A stretch of 64,000 nucleotides of DNA from Candidatus Omnitrophota bacterium (GTDB taxonomy: Bacteria > Omnitrophota > Gorgyraeia > Zapsychrales > Fredricksoniimonadaceae), in NCBI GenBank assembly GCA_903944345.1, contig CAJARJ010000015.1:6433-70432 (forward strand). Reading direction: 5' to 3'. The position numbers were made by a program, and so were the translations under genes. Below are positions 50,382 to 60,400 of this stretch, one piece after another. The notes under the pieces were generated by a model that ran no database searches, was not told the DNA's origin, and worked only from the letters and a program-made list of their open reading frames with translations. How positions within the stretch are numbered: position 1 is the first letter of the stretch; every line of letters begins with the position of its first letter.

Positions 50382-51704
50382 TTAGAACTTGAGATTAATA
50401 TCCGCCTGAAAAATTCTTTCGGGATAACTCTGCCCCTTTAAAACATCCGACATGTAGTAATCCAGACCCAAGCTGACGTTCTTGGCCAGACCAATATCCA
50501 GAATCAGCTCATTGCCTTTGATGTTTGTTCCGCCACTATAACGATCTGAATCCGGAAAAGCATCCAGCCACGCATCACTGGCCAGACGAACATACTGGTA
50601 CTTGAACTGCCAGGTCTTGGCACCGGAAACCTTCTTGTGTCCGATTTTCAATCCGGCGGCATAGCCTGTATTATCTGAATTCGGGTCGGGATTCATGACA
50701 TAGTCGCCAAACAGACCAACCATCTTGATAGGAGAAGATGTCTCTTCGGGCCAGGAATACACCAATTCAGCTGAACCGGCGTAAATATTGCCAAAATCAT
50801 AAACATACCTCGAGGATGCAACGGTGTTGCCAGAAACACGTCCGTCTATTAAAGACCCACTATCATCATTCTGCATACCATAAAAGGTTCCGGCTAGCTT
50901 GAAGTTGACCGCCTCTATCGGCTCGAACACCATCCCTGCCTGGGCATAATACATTCCAAGATCACTAGCCATTGACGAAGACTCATCCAGCACCCAGTAA
51001 CCGGCATTGACGAAAGCATCCCCCAGCAGCACCCTGGCAAAATCCGCATGAACCGAAGCGCCTTCCTGATTAATGTCGGAATCCCAAAGCATATCGCTAG
51101 TGTACCACAAGTAGTCTGTACCCATAGCGTTATACTTACCGCCAATCATCCTTAAAGACGAATTATATTTGTAGTCGGCATACGCATAATCAAGGCGGAT
51201 ATCCCCGCGGCTAAACCCATTCTGCATGGTCAGATTGGTAGAACGGGAATCGTCAACTCCGTTAGAAACCGTACACGCCGAGCCAGCCGCGCAGGACGTA
51301 GAACTTATCTTTTCGGCACTTGCCAGTCCCGCCGCAACTGTTACTTTCTCGTTAGGCTTAGTTTCGAGCCCCAGACGATAGCGTATCCGGCCGCGATTTC
51401 TGACCGTTCCACCTGTGGAAGTAGACGATTTTTTCTGCTGGGACTGATAACGCAGACGCAAATCTCCTTTTAGCTTGGTGGTCTGAATCCATGAAGGAAG
51501 CATATCATTTGCCCCTTTGGCATTCTGTTTGGCCACATCCTGCCTGGTTTCATCCATCAATATCTGGGCCTCGTTAGGCGCAAGAACGCCCTTCTCGACT
51601 AATTTCTGAACAAGGAGATCGACCTCCCCGGCGTAGGCCGACGAAACGCCCAGACTCAGCGCCGCCCCCCACAACAAAAACACCGCAAGAACTCCATTAC
51701 GCAT
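50382..51704 (-). CDS. Putative outer-membrane porin (possibly phosphate/anion-selective). Start at ATG 51704; the ORF-track N-terminal extension was rejected.
   Basis: Signal peptide 'MRNGVLAVFLLWGAALSLGVSSAYA'. N-terminal helical segment, then alternating beta-strand pattern ending in a C-terminal Phe ('INLKF'). Position between the pst and phoR genes. Confidence 0.55.
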   Translation of the reverse strand: MRNGVLAVFLLWGAALSLGVSSAYAGEVDLLVQKLVEKGVLAPNEAQILMDETRQDVAKQNAKGANDMLPSWIQTTKLKGDLRLRYQSQQKKSSTSTGGTVRNRGRIRYRLGLETKPNEKVTVAAGLASAEKISSTSCAAGSACTVSNGVDDSRSTNLTMQNGFSRGDIRLDYAYADYKYNSSLRMIGGKYNAMGTDYLWYTSDMLWDSDINQEGASVHADFARVLLGDAFVNAGYWVLDESSSMASDLGMYYAQAGMVFEPIEAVNFKLAGTFYGMQNDDSGSLIDGRVSGNTVASSRYVYDFGNIYAGSAELVYSWPEETSSPIKMVGLFGDYVMNPDPNSDNTGYAAGLKIGHKKVSGAKTWQFKYQYVRLASDAWLDAFPDSDRYSGGTNIKGNELILDIGLAKNVSLGLDYYMSDVLKGQSYPERIFQADINLKF

Positions 51705-51873
51705 ACTCTTTTCCCCTTTCTTGGTTTGCTTCGGATCGCTGTCGATCTTTTGCCACAAGAATAGAGTAAAAGTATGACAAGATGATGTCGGGGATGTTAA
51801 ATCGGCGTGAACTGTTTGATTTCGGGGGAAATTTTTGAAAGCGCAGGAATGCAAGTGTCTACAAATAAATACT

Positions 51874-53679
51874 TTAAGCGTAGGAAAGCGTGAAAGAAAA
51901 TGTTGCCCCCTTCCCTGGGGCCGAAACGACCTTCACCTCGCCACCGTGCCCCTGAACGATATGCTTGACGATCGACAACCCCAAACCCGTGCCTCCCAAC
52001 TCGCGCGAACGCGCCTTGTCGACACGATAAAACCGCTCAAAGATTCTTGGCAAATCATCGGCGGGGATGCCCACCCCAGTATCTGCGATCTCAATCCGGA
52101 CATGCTCTTCCCCGGGCAGGATTCTTACCGTAATCACGCCCTGATCGGGAGTATATTTTACAGCATTATCCAGCAAATTAAGAAAAACCTGGGCCAGACG
52201 ATCTTCATCCGCCCTGACTTTGGGAGAATTCCCGGGGATATCCAGCGAAACCTGTATACATTTTCTGGAAATATTCTTTTCCAGAACTCCCAGACAACGC
52301 AACACAAGTGGCCTGAGATCAACGGGCATAAAAACCATCGGCAATTTGCCTGACTCGATCTTGGCCAGATCAAGAAGATCATTGATCAAGCTGACCAGCC
52401 GGTCACTGTTATCCCGGATAATACCCGCGAACTCGCGTGCATGCTGCGGGTCATCCAAAGCGCCTTCCAGCAAGGTCTCGGCATACCCCTTTATGCTTGC
52501 GACCGGCGTACGCAGCTCATGCGAAACATTCGCCACAAAATCCTGGCGCACTTTCTCCAAACGGCGACGCTCAGTGATATCATGAAAAACCAGCACCGCC
52601 CCTTCCGGCTTTCCGGCAGACCGGACCGACACCCCGCTCACCTTGAGAATCCTTTCCTCGGGAAACCCTACAAAAACATCGCGTTCGTCAAAACGATCCG
52701 GACCTTTAAGAAGTTTTTCGAGCATAGCGCTGACCGTGCTGTTACGGATAACCTCGACCGATCGCCGACCTTCCGGCGGAATATCGACAAAGAATAGCTT
52801 GCGCAAAGCCGGGTTCATCAGACGGATCACACCTCGGGCATCCACCAGCACGACTCCCTCAAGCATACTGGAAAGCACCGCATCCAGTTTTGCCTTTTCT
52901 TCCTCAATATCATTGATCCTGGCCCGAATCTGCCGGGACATGTTGGTCAAAGCATCCCCCAGGTCACCAAGCTCATCACCGGAGAGGATCAGCGGGGCCC
53001 GGCTGAAATCCCCGGACGCCATAGCCTTGGCCAGCAAAGACATTTCCCGGAGCGGCTTTGAAACGAGCACCGAAACCAGATATGTAAAGGCAAGGCTCAA
53101 AAAAAACACCAACACCAAAGCCACCAGGACAATGCTTTCGAGACCTTCTGCAAACAGGCGGACATCAGACATCGGCATGGCAAAACGCAACACACCGGAA
53201 GTCGAGGCATTCCCAAACGGCACCGCAACATAAAGCAAATCTTTCTTAAGAGTGTTGCTGTAGCGACGGCTCAGCCCGAGCCCCGTCCGCAGAGCCTCCT
53301 GGACTTCCGCTCTGCCTGCATGATTGTCGACGGATAGCAACTCTTCCGTCGTTAATCCGGAGTCACCCAAAACTTTTCCGTCAGCTGAAAGAATAGTCAC
53401 CCGCATCCCCGCATCAACTCCTATCCTGCGAGCCAACGCGGAAGGGTCGGATAACCGGCCGGTCAGATGAATCTGCTCGTCCATAAAGCCTCTGGAAAGC
53501 TCGATCTGCCTCTTGAGAGTGTTCTGCAGATCCTGTTCCAGAAAAACTTTCAAATGACTGGTCAGATAAAAATATCCGAGACAAAGCCCGGCTATCAAAG
53601 TGGAACAGAAAATGGCCGTAAGCTTCCAGGGGAGTCTAGCTCTCATTTTCATCCTCTCTGAATCGGTAGCCGACACCAA
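51874..53679 (-). CDS. phoR: Phosphate regulon sensor histidine kinase
   Basis: TM, HAMP, PAS, then HisKA 'SHELRTPVASIKGY' and HATPase_c ('NLLDNAVKYT', 'DTGVGI', 'GGTGLGLSIV'). Confidence 0.85.
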   Translation of the reverse strand: MVSATDSERMKMRARLPWKLTAIFCSTLIAGLCLGYFYLTSHLKVFLEQDLQNTLKRQIELSRGFMDEQIHLTGRLSDPSALARRIGVDAGMRVTILSADGKVLGDSGLTTEELLSVDNHAGRAEVQEALRTGLGLSRRYSNTLKKDLLYVAVPFGNASTSGVLRFAMPMSDVRLFAEGLESIVLVALVLVFFLSLAFTYLVSVLVSKPLREMSLLAKAMASGDFSRAPLILSGDELGDLGDALTNMSRQIRARINDIEEEKAKLDAVLSSMLEGVVLVDARGVIRLMNPALRKLFFVDIPPEGRRSVEVIRNSTVSAMLEKLLKGPDRFDERDVFVGFPEERILKVSGVSVRSAGKPEGAVLVFHDITERRRLEKVRQDFVANVSHELRTPVASIKGYAETLLEGALDDPQHAREFAGIIRDNSDRLVSLINDLLDLAKIESGKLPMVFMPVDLRPLVLRCLGVLEKNISRKCIQVSLDIPGNSPKVRADEDRLAQVFLNLLDNAVKYTPDQGVITVRILPGEEHVRIEIADTGVGIPADDLPRIFERFYRVDKARSRELGGTGLGLSIVKHIVQGHGGEVKVVSAPGKGATFSFTLSYA

Positions 53680-54346
53680 TGACCGTCTCGATCAAAGCCC
53701 CGGACTCCCCCAGCTTGGAGCGCAAGCGCCGGACATGCGTATCAACCGTACGCGTATATACATCCGCCCCTATACCCCAGACTTCCTTGAGCAGCCTTTC
53801 CCGATCGAGCACCCGTCCACGGCGCTCCATCAAGAGCACAAGAAGCCGGAACTCCATGGCAGTCAAGACAACCTCCTGGTCTTTAACCGACACCACATGC
53901 CTGGTGACGTCCACAACCAGTCCGCCGGCACGTAAAGGCTTGGGAGCGGAATTCTCTTCTTTGACCAACGAACGACGCAACAGCGCCTTTACACGCAACA
54001 CCAGTTCACGGGGGCTAAAAGGTTTGACCACATAATCTTCAGCCCCGAGTTCGAGCCCGACAATGCGGTCAATTTCCTCCCCTTTGGCAGTAAGCATCAT
54101 AACCAGAATATGCTTACGCTCCGGATCCTGTCTGATCTGGCGGCAGACTTCCAGACCATCTACCCCTGGCAGCATGACGTCCAGAATCACCAGATCGAAA
54201 GACTGCCGGGCCAGCATGGACAACGCCGCCTCTCCGCTGGCAGCCGTTTCAGCAACATACCCCGCCTTGCCCAGATTGTACTGGACCAGTCGCGCGATAT
54301 CCTTGTCATCTTCAACAACCAGTATTTTTTCAGAACTCATGATCAA
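53636..54346 (-). CDS. phoB: Phosphate regulon response regulator (OmpR family)
   Basis: Receiver 'ILVVEDDKDIARL...LVILDVMLPGVDG' plus winged-helix 'LTAMEFRLLVLLMERRGRVLDRERLL'. Confidence 0.88.
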   Translation of the reverse strand: MIMSSEKILVVEDDKDIARLVQYNLGKAGYVAETAASGEAALSMLARQSFDLVILDVMLPGVDGLEVCRQIRQDPERKHILVMMLTAKGEEIDRIVGLELGAEDYVVKPFSPRELVLRVKALLRRSLVKEENSAPKPLRAGGLVVDVTRHVVSVKDQEVVLTAMEFRLLVLLMERRGRVLDRERLLKEVWGIGADVYTRTVDTHVRRLRSKLGESGALIETVIGVGYRFREDENES

Positions 54347-54430
54347 TATTTTAACAAAAAAAGAACTGTAAACATTCTTTATCCCGGATTTTTCTTTAGA
54401 AAATAAAAATCCGGCCTGAACCCCGGGCTG

Positions 54431-57400
54431 TCAGTGTGCCGCCCCCAGCCCCGAGAGTTCTGCCAGAAGAGGGACATTCCCGACGTTAACCGGCTCTATT
54501 CTGAAAATCATCGGGGTCAACCCCTGGATGTTCACCATAGCCGGATCCTGCATGTAGGCCGGAAGAGGCATCCCCTCGCCGTCGACTTTGATATCAATCT
54601 TCAGGTATTTCTCGTCCAGGCTTATACCACCCACTGGCTCTTGCGCCTGATCGGCAACAACCAAACCGGCAGCTGGTTGTTCTTGTTCCTCATGAAAATA
54701 CTGCAAATATATAGCCGCCAGCAAAACAGCTTGCTCGTCATATTGATTATCGAGCAGGGTAAGTCGCCCCATCAGCTCATCTTCCTGTCCCCTGCTTTCA
54801 TCTGCAGAAGGAGTCTTGTCTGCCTTAAGTGCGTCCAGCAGGGCCACCAGTTCCTCTTTCTGCCCCACAATAGTCATTATTGCCTGCATATGCTCATTGA
54901 CCCGTCGGTCTTCATCGACAGTCAACGCGGGCGGCAACGATACACCTTGCATATCTTTCAGCCACACCTGCAATTGATCTCGCGTCGCCTGCAAGGCAGG
55001 ACGTTGATCCTCCGCAACAACATTAACCGCATGATTATACCGATCCAGAGTTATCTGCAAAGCCGCCCGGGCAAAAGTGAAATCTGATTCGGGATCTCTA
55101 CCCGCCAACGGTTCCGCCTCTCTTTCTGGCTTAACTTGCGGCTCATCCAACTCCGTCGACACCGGCTCCAGCGCCGGAGCCTCAACGGACACCGGCCCTT
55201 CGGCCACAGACGGGACCACCGGAGGTGTTCTTCGCTGCAGCCTTTCTTCGTCTGACTCCCTGGTTTTTCTTTTCCAGATACTCGCAACCAGCCATACAAA
55301 TAATCCTGCAGCGGCCGTCCAGAGAGTCCAGACTGTTTTTGTTTCCCCAACAGATACAGATGGTTTCGCCGGCTCTTTCACTTCCGGCTTCTGTTCTGCG
55401 GACGGAACCGCCAGAGACTCCCACTCCCGCAATAACTCACTCAATTGACCGGAATAAAAATTAGCCAGCCGCCAGCTCTCGGAAGACACCTGCCCGTTAG
55501 TCTCATTCTTATCCTGCCAGTCGGACACATTATCCAGTGTCTTACGAATCTGCTCTTTTACGCCATTGACATCAATGCCCTGAAGACTTTTTTGCGCCTG
55601 AATCAGAGTTCTTTGCGTACCAACTCTAAAATTCTCCATCGGCTGCCACAACCGGGGAACAACTATGCCAACTTGTCTCGCGGACAGCAACTGCACCTGC
55701 AATTGTTCCGTCTGACTCTTTAATTGCGCCAATGCCTCTGAAGAAGCTCCACTATTTTGTCCCTGGACATATCTTCCCGACACATCCTCAATCTGGCGAG
55801 TAAGCTCTTCTATCCTCTGAACAAAAACAATGCTCTGTTTTGTGGGCACCACAGATTTGACGCCTGCGGATGATGGTGTTGCCGGAACATGTGTCGCCGC
55901 CTGATATTCAGTGGCATATCGAACCGCATACACCTTCCCTTTCCAGCCAAACAATCTGACTTCATTGAGCACAGTTCCCCCTTTAGCCCCCTGCCTGAAC
56001 GCCTGGCTGAATGAACCGCCAAAAACCGGAACACTGGCCTCGCCATACCGGATGGTCGTATGATTGACTACGGGCCTCTCGACAACAAGAGCTTCCGTTG
56101 CCGGAGCATCTTGCCATAACTTCCGGAGCTGCGCTTTCCGGGCAGGATGACTTTCCAGATAAGCGAAAGCCTTGGCCTCCATTGTATCAAGATACTCATT
56201 GGCAGGGGCCGCACCAACAAAAGCCGGAGATAAAGCCCCCAAACCCAGAACAAAGGCCATAACTCCTGCCCGCAATGTCTGCAGCAAAGTTACAGAAGCC
56301 GCATCATAAGAACCCGTCTGTTCCCCGACAACCCGAGCTGCCTCGACAGCTCCTACGGCAGCAAGCACCTCAGGATTCATAACAATTCCACCCGAGAAAT
56401 ATCTGCGCGGAACCAGCTGTCTGGTGGCGGCATCAAAATCTTCCTTGATGTAATCGTAAGCTCCCGTCTTGTAGGCCTCCAGATACTGTTGGTAAATCTT
56501 CTCCCTGGCCCCCGGATCATCCACTTCAATGCCTGCGACCTTGCTTTTATCAGCATAGACCTGGCCCAACAGACTTTCCTTGAGCGCGCGCTTGAACCAA
56601 ACCGCCAGAATCATGGAATCATATATCTGACGCAACAAGGCAAAATTCTTGCCCTCGTTCACCTCTTGCTCGATAATCGGAATAATAATATCCCGCAACA
56701 CCTCCGTTGAAAGTTGCCGCGAACCATCCCGACTTTCCGCCCCTACCGAAGCATCGGCGACGATCCCGGCTTGACGCCCGCCTTCTTGCGCAAGAAAATC
56801 CTGCTCAAGCATGACCTTCAGATGCCTCTTCACCAGAAGCACCGTATCACCCTTCTGGTAAATTTCCGCTTTATCCGGAGTAATCCATACCTTGTTAAAC
56901 GTGTCCAGGGGTATATCTGTTGTGCCCAGTTCCTGCGTCGCCCGGGCATAAACCCTGGACCAGAACTCCTTCCCGCTCTCGCCTTCCGGATACATTAACG
57001 ATGATGTCAACTGTTTGAGCAGATAGTCCTGCGCCAATAAGTCCTTGCCCATCCCGGTTCCGGCAAAATTGTCGGGCATAATGCGCTCAGACTCGTAGGG
57101 CGACAAGTTGACCCACATATCTGTGTTGGGTATGGTCAAAGAGGCCAGAAAATATTTGATCAGACGTTTATACTCCTCTTTCTTGAGATCCGGAGCCATA
57201 TGCTCCTGCCCCTTGTGCATCACAAAAAAGAAATTGAACGGATCCTTGAAATCCGTCCGCAAGCCAACCATATGTGCCGGCTGAAATCCCTCACTGCGGC
57301 TGATCATCTCCCCTGGCAAAGGCATAAGAGCAGCAACCTGGGCGTACCCTGCCGCCTGCCCAGGAACGGTAGCAAAAAATGCCGCCATAACCAGACAAAC

Positions 57401-57442
57401 CGCCGATCTAAACCAGCAATATTTTTTCAACTTCTGAAACAT
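54431..57442 (-). CDS. Large secreted/membrane-anchored protein of unknown family (1003 aa), paralog of the upstream 1465-aa protein
   Basis: Signal peptide, then a conserved ~330-aa N-terminal domain ('KYFLASLTIP', 'WVNLSP', 'IPLDTF', 'IIPIIEQEVNEG', 'ILAVWFKR', 'VPRRYFSGG'). Internal TM 'TVWTLWTAAAGLFVWLVASIW'. Acidic/Pro-rich C-terminal half. Confidence 0.7.
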   Translation of the reverse strand: MFQKLKKYCWFRSAVCLVMAAFFATVPGQAAGYAQVAALMPLPGEMISRSEGFQPAHMVGLRTDFKDPFNFFFVMHKGQEHMAPDLKKEEYKRLIKYFLASLTIPNTDMWVNLSPYESERIMPDNFAGTGMGKDLLAQDYLLKQLTSSLMYPEGESGKEFWSRVYARATQELGTTDIPLDTFNKVWITPDKAEIYQKGDTVLLVKRHLKVMLEQDFLAQEGGRQAGIVADASVGAESRDGSRQLSTEVLRDIIIPIIEQEVNEGKNFALLRQIYDSMILAVWFKRALKESLLGQVYADKSKVAGIEVDDPGAREKIYQQYLEAYKTGAYDYIKEDFDAATRQLVPRRYFSGGIVMNPEVLAAVGAVEAARVVGEQTGSYDAASVTLLQTLRAGVMAFVLGLGALSPAFVGAAPANEYLDTMEAKAFAYLESHPARKAQLRKLWQDAPATEALVVERPVVNHTTIRYGEASVPVFGGSFSQAFRQGAKGGTVLNEVRLFGWKGKVYAVRYATEYQAATHVPATPSSAGVKSVVPTKQSIVFVQRIEELTRQIEDVSGRYVQGQNSGASSEALAQLKSQTEQLQVQLLSARQVGIVVPRLWQPMENFRVGTQRTLIQAQKSLQGIDVNGVKEQIRKTLDNVSDWQDKNETNGQVSSESWRLANFYSGQLSELLREWESLAVPSAEQKPEVKEPAKPSVSVGETKTVWTLWTAAAGLFVWLVASIWKRKTRESDEERLQRRTPPVVPSVAEGPVSVEAPALEPVSTELDEPQVKPEREAEPLAGRDPESDFTFARAALQITLDRYNHAVNVVAEDQRPALQATRDQLQVWLKDMQGVSLPPALTVDEDRRVNEHMQAIMTIVGQKEELVALLDALKADKTPSADESRGQEDELMGRLTLLDNQYDEQAVLLAAIYLQYFHEEQEQPAAGLVVADQAQEPVGGISLDEKYLKIDIKVDGEGMPLPAYMQDPAMVNIQGLTPMIFRIEPVNVGNVPLLAELSGLGAAH

Positions 57443-57455
57443 ATACCCTCCATTA

Positions 57456-60400
57456 TCATTTCTGTATCATCATTCCAAAAAACTGAAGAGGATCGGATAC
57501 GGGCTGAAAATTGAGTATCTCAAAATCGAACCCCGTAAAACCACTGTTTATCCTGGAAAAGATCACAGGATCTATCCCCCCCTGAGCCACAACACCGGTC
57601 GCATGCCCCATGAAGGAGATGCTTCGCGGGGCCGCCGAAAAATCCAGACCACCATTTGCGATCATTTCCTCTGCCTGGGCACTATCTCCATCTGAACGCA
57701 ATTGAGCATGATCACTGTCCTGACCCGAAACAGAACGGTCAGAAACATTTACACGGGAGGCCGACATCAATCCAGACAAGTTGCCAGAAGAGCCTTGCAC
57801 GGGCATGGTGGGATACAAGCCACCTGCTGTCAAACCCGATAAACGCGCCAAATTTTCCTGACCAGGCAGCGTACGGTAACGATCAGATTGGGCCCTTTGC
57901 CGCAGGCGAGCCAGGCTGCTCTGTCCGGGCAAAACCCGGACAGCCTTCTGCTGCGCGGCAAGGCTCGCACGATGCCCAGACCCCATCTCTTGCGGATTAC
58001 GAAAATCCGGCAATCCACCTTCTTGCAAAAGCTTCCTGGCACGATTGCGCGTTTCAGGGCTGTTCACAAAAACAATCGAGGCCGCGCCCTGATGTGGCAT
58101 AAGAGGGTTAGCCACCAGATCATCCCCTATCGCTTCCTCTCTGGCTTTAACAAACATTTTAAAGAACGGAAGCATGTGGGCACGCGCCTGTTCGCTGTCA
58201 TTCATCGAGTAAGAATCCCTGAAATCTTTCGCTTTCACCCTGGCATCGAGATAATGATCCTGGAGAATCTCTCCGATCGGCTTGACCAGAAGATTAATGC
58301 CATCCATGGTCATATGAAGATAATGATATTGCTTGCGGTACGGATCCAGGCCGTCTTTGAGCTTGTCCAGGATCCTGACCACTCTCGGGCCAAAACTGAC
58401 CAGACCGGTATAAGCAGGAAGATGCCGCATTTCTTCGCGGACGAGGCCATATTCTTCGTCGAGATGTCGTAACACTTCGCTGGGTAAAGGCTTGTAAACT
58501 TCCTCTTTGCGCAGCTCGTCAAAGTCCCTCTTTTCATGTATCGTCCGGACATGGAACCCGTCTTCAAAATGCTTCATGATCATAAAACCCAAGGACTTCA
58601 AATCCTTTTTACGGACAAAACTGGTCAGGATGTTGACGTCTCTTGGAACATACGGCGGAATAGTTCCCAGAAAAACATCACGGCTGTAAACGATAACTCG
58701 CCAGCCAGCATGATTCTTTAGAACTTTTTTAGAATCCATCATCTTCTGGGACATCCGGTAACCATTGATAACCGCCCATTCTAGGAAAATATCTTCCTGA
58801 TAACTGTCATCCCCGCGAAACACCACCAGGACATTCAAATCTCGCTCGGCAATACCTTTCAAGCGCGGATACTCTCCGAGGATACGCTGATCCTGCAGCA
58901 TCTGCTTGGCATATGACTGCGCATCAAAATAGGCGTTCATGCTCCCCTTGGTTCCGTTTGGCGGAACAACAAACAAAGGGACATCCGGACGAAAAAGACT
59001 GCCACCTTTGCGCTCTGCAATAAAATCTTCCAGCCCGGACACATATTCTTTCTTGCCAGGGATAAATAAAACCATATCCACACTCGGAGAATTCGTTGTA
59101 TTGCGTTCTCTTTGCTGGCTTTCTATCCCTTCCATAATCCCGAGACTGATCCTCGCCACCTGGGAATCACCATCAACTTGCGGCACTCGATTGCCCCGGT
59201 ACATATTAAGAAAATTGGTAAATTGATCCTCAAGCAGGCGGCTCATGGCCCGCAGGTCGGGAGCTTTGACATTAAAATGCGCCACCACCCAGAAAAGCGC
59301 CAGGCTTAACGCGAAAACCCCAAACCCTGACGCCGTAATAATTCCGGCAGAAAACATAGGAAGCTCAAGCGCGAACAAATAATTGAATCCTGTCAATATG
59401 GGATTCGCAAAAAACACGATAATCGGAAAGTAAAAAACTCTCCAGGCGCGACTCAGCAGGCTGCGGTATGTATTGATCTTTCTGCCGCTGGCCCCCATCA
59501 CGGGAAAAAGGCTGTCGGCTTTTTCAATCATTTCGTTAAGGCCACTGATGCCCTGACGCACAATCAGCCCGCGATCCTCCTTTGATCCGTACAAATCCGG
59601 AATAATGTCATTCTGCAGCTCCAGTAACTGCGGAACAAGTCGTCTGAGTTCATTCAGCGACCGGTCCAGCCGGTACTGATCCATAAGCACCCAACGGATA
59701 AATGGCGCAAACGGAAACCACCAGCGCTCCATCCAGTGACGCTTGTCCATCTTGTAGCTGATCACTTTGTCAACCACGGCCCTGTATTCAAGAACCTGCA
59801 AATATTTGACTGCAGACATTCTCATCTTGTGAAGCTGCCGGATGTCCCGCAGGATAATGCTCCGGTCTTTATCGCCTAGCGGAGGGTTGCTTGCCAGATA
59901 CCCGGACAGAATCTCCAGCGTATCCATACTTAAGAAATTAAAGTCCGTCAGCAAGTTGCGATACTGCACATTACGCGGGAAACTGTCCACATCCCTGGAT
60001 ATTAATGACGGCAGAAATGCTGTCTTGCGGATGAACATATATGCATTATTCATGATGCCGTTAAGGTCGGCCAGAACCTGCTTTTGCAGCAGATCTTTCT
60101 GCAAAGCATCTTCCTGAGAATAGGCAAAGAAATCCTTGTTGCCCCAGCCAACCAGGGTTTCACTCCATCTGAGCAAATGTGCCTTGATAAAATGCGTCTT
60201 CTCGGTTCCTTTGGCAGAAAGACTGGTGACAAGCACCCCTCGGGACGCTTCAGTCTCGTCGGTTGCCGCTACTTTCATTTGCCTGCGCAGAATATCGGCC
60301 AGAACCTGCAACCTGTTCCCGGATAAGGGTGCCCCTTTGCGGAACAAGTCCTCCCCGAAAACGGTCAGCGCATACTTCTTCCACCAGAACGAAAAGGCTG

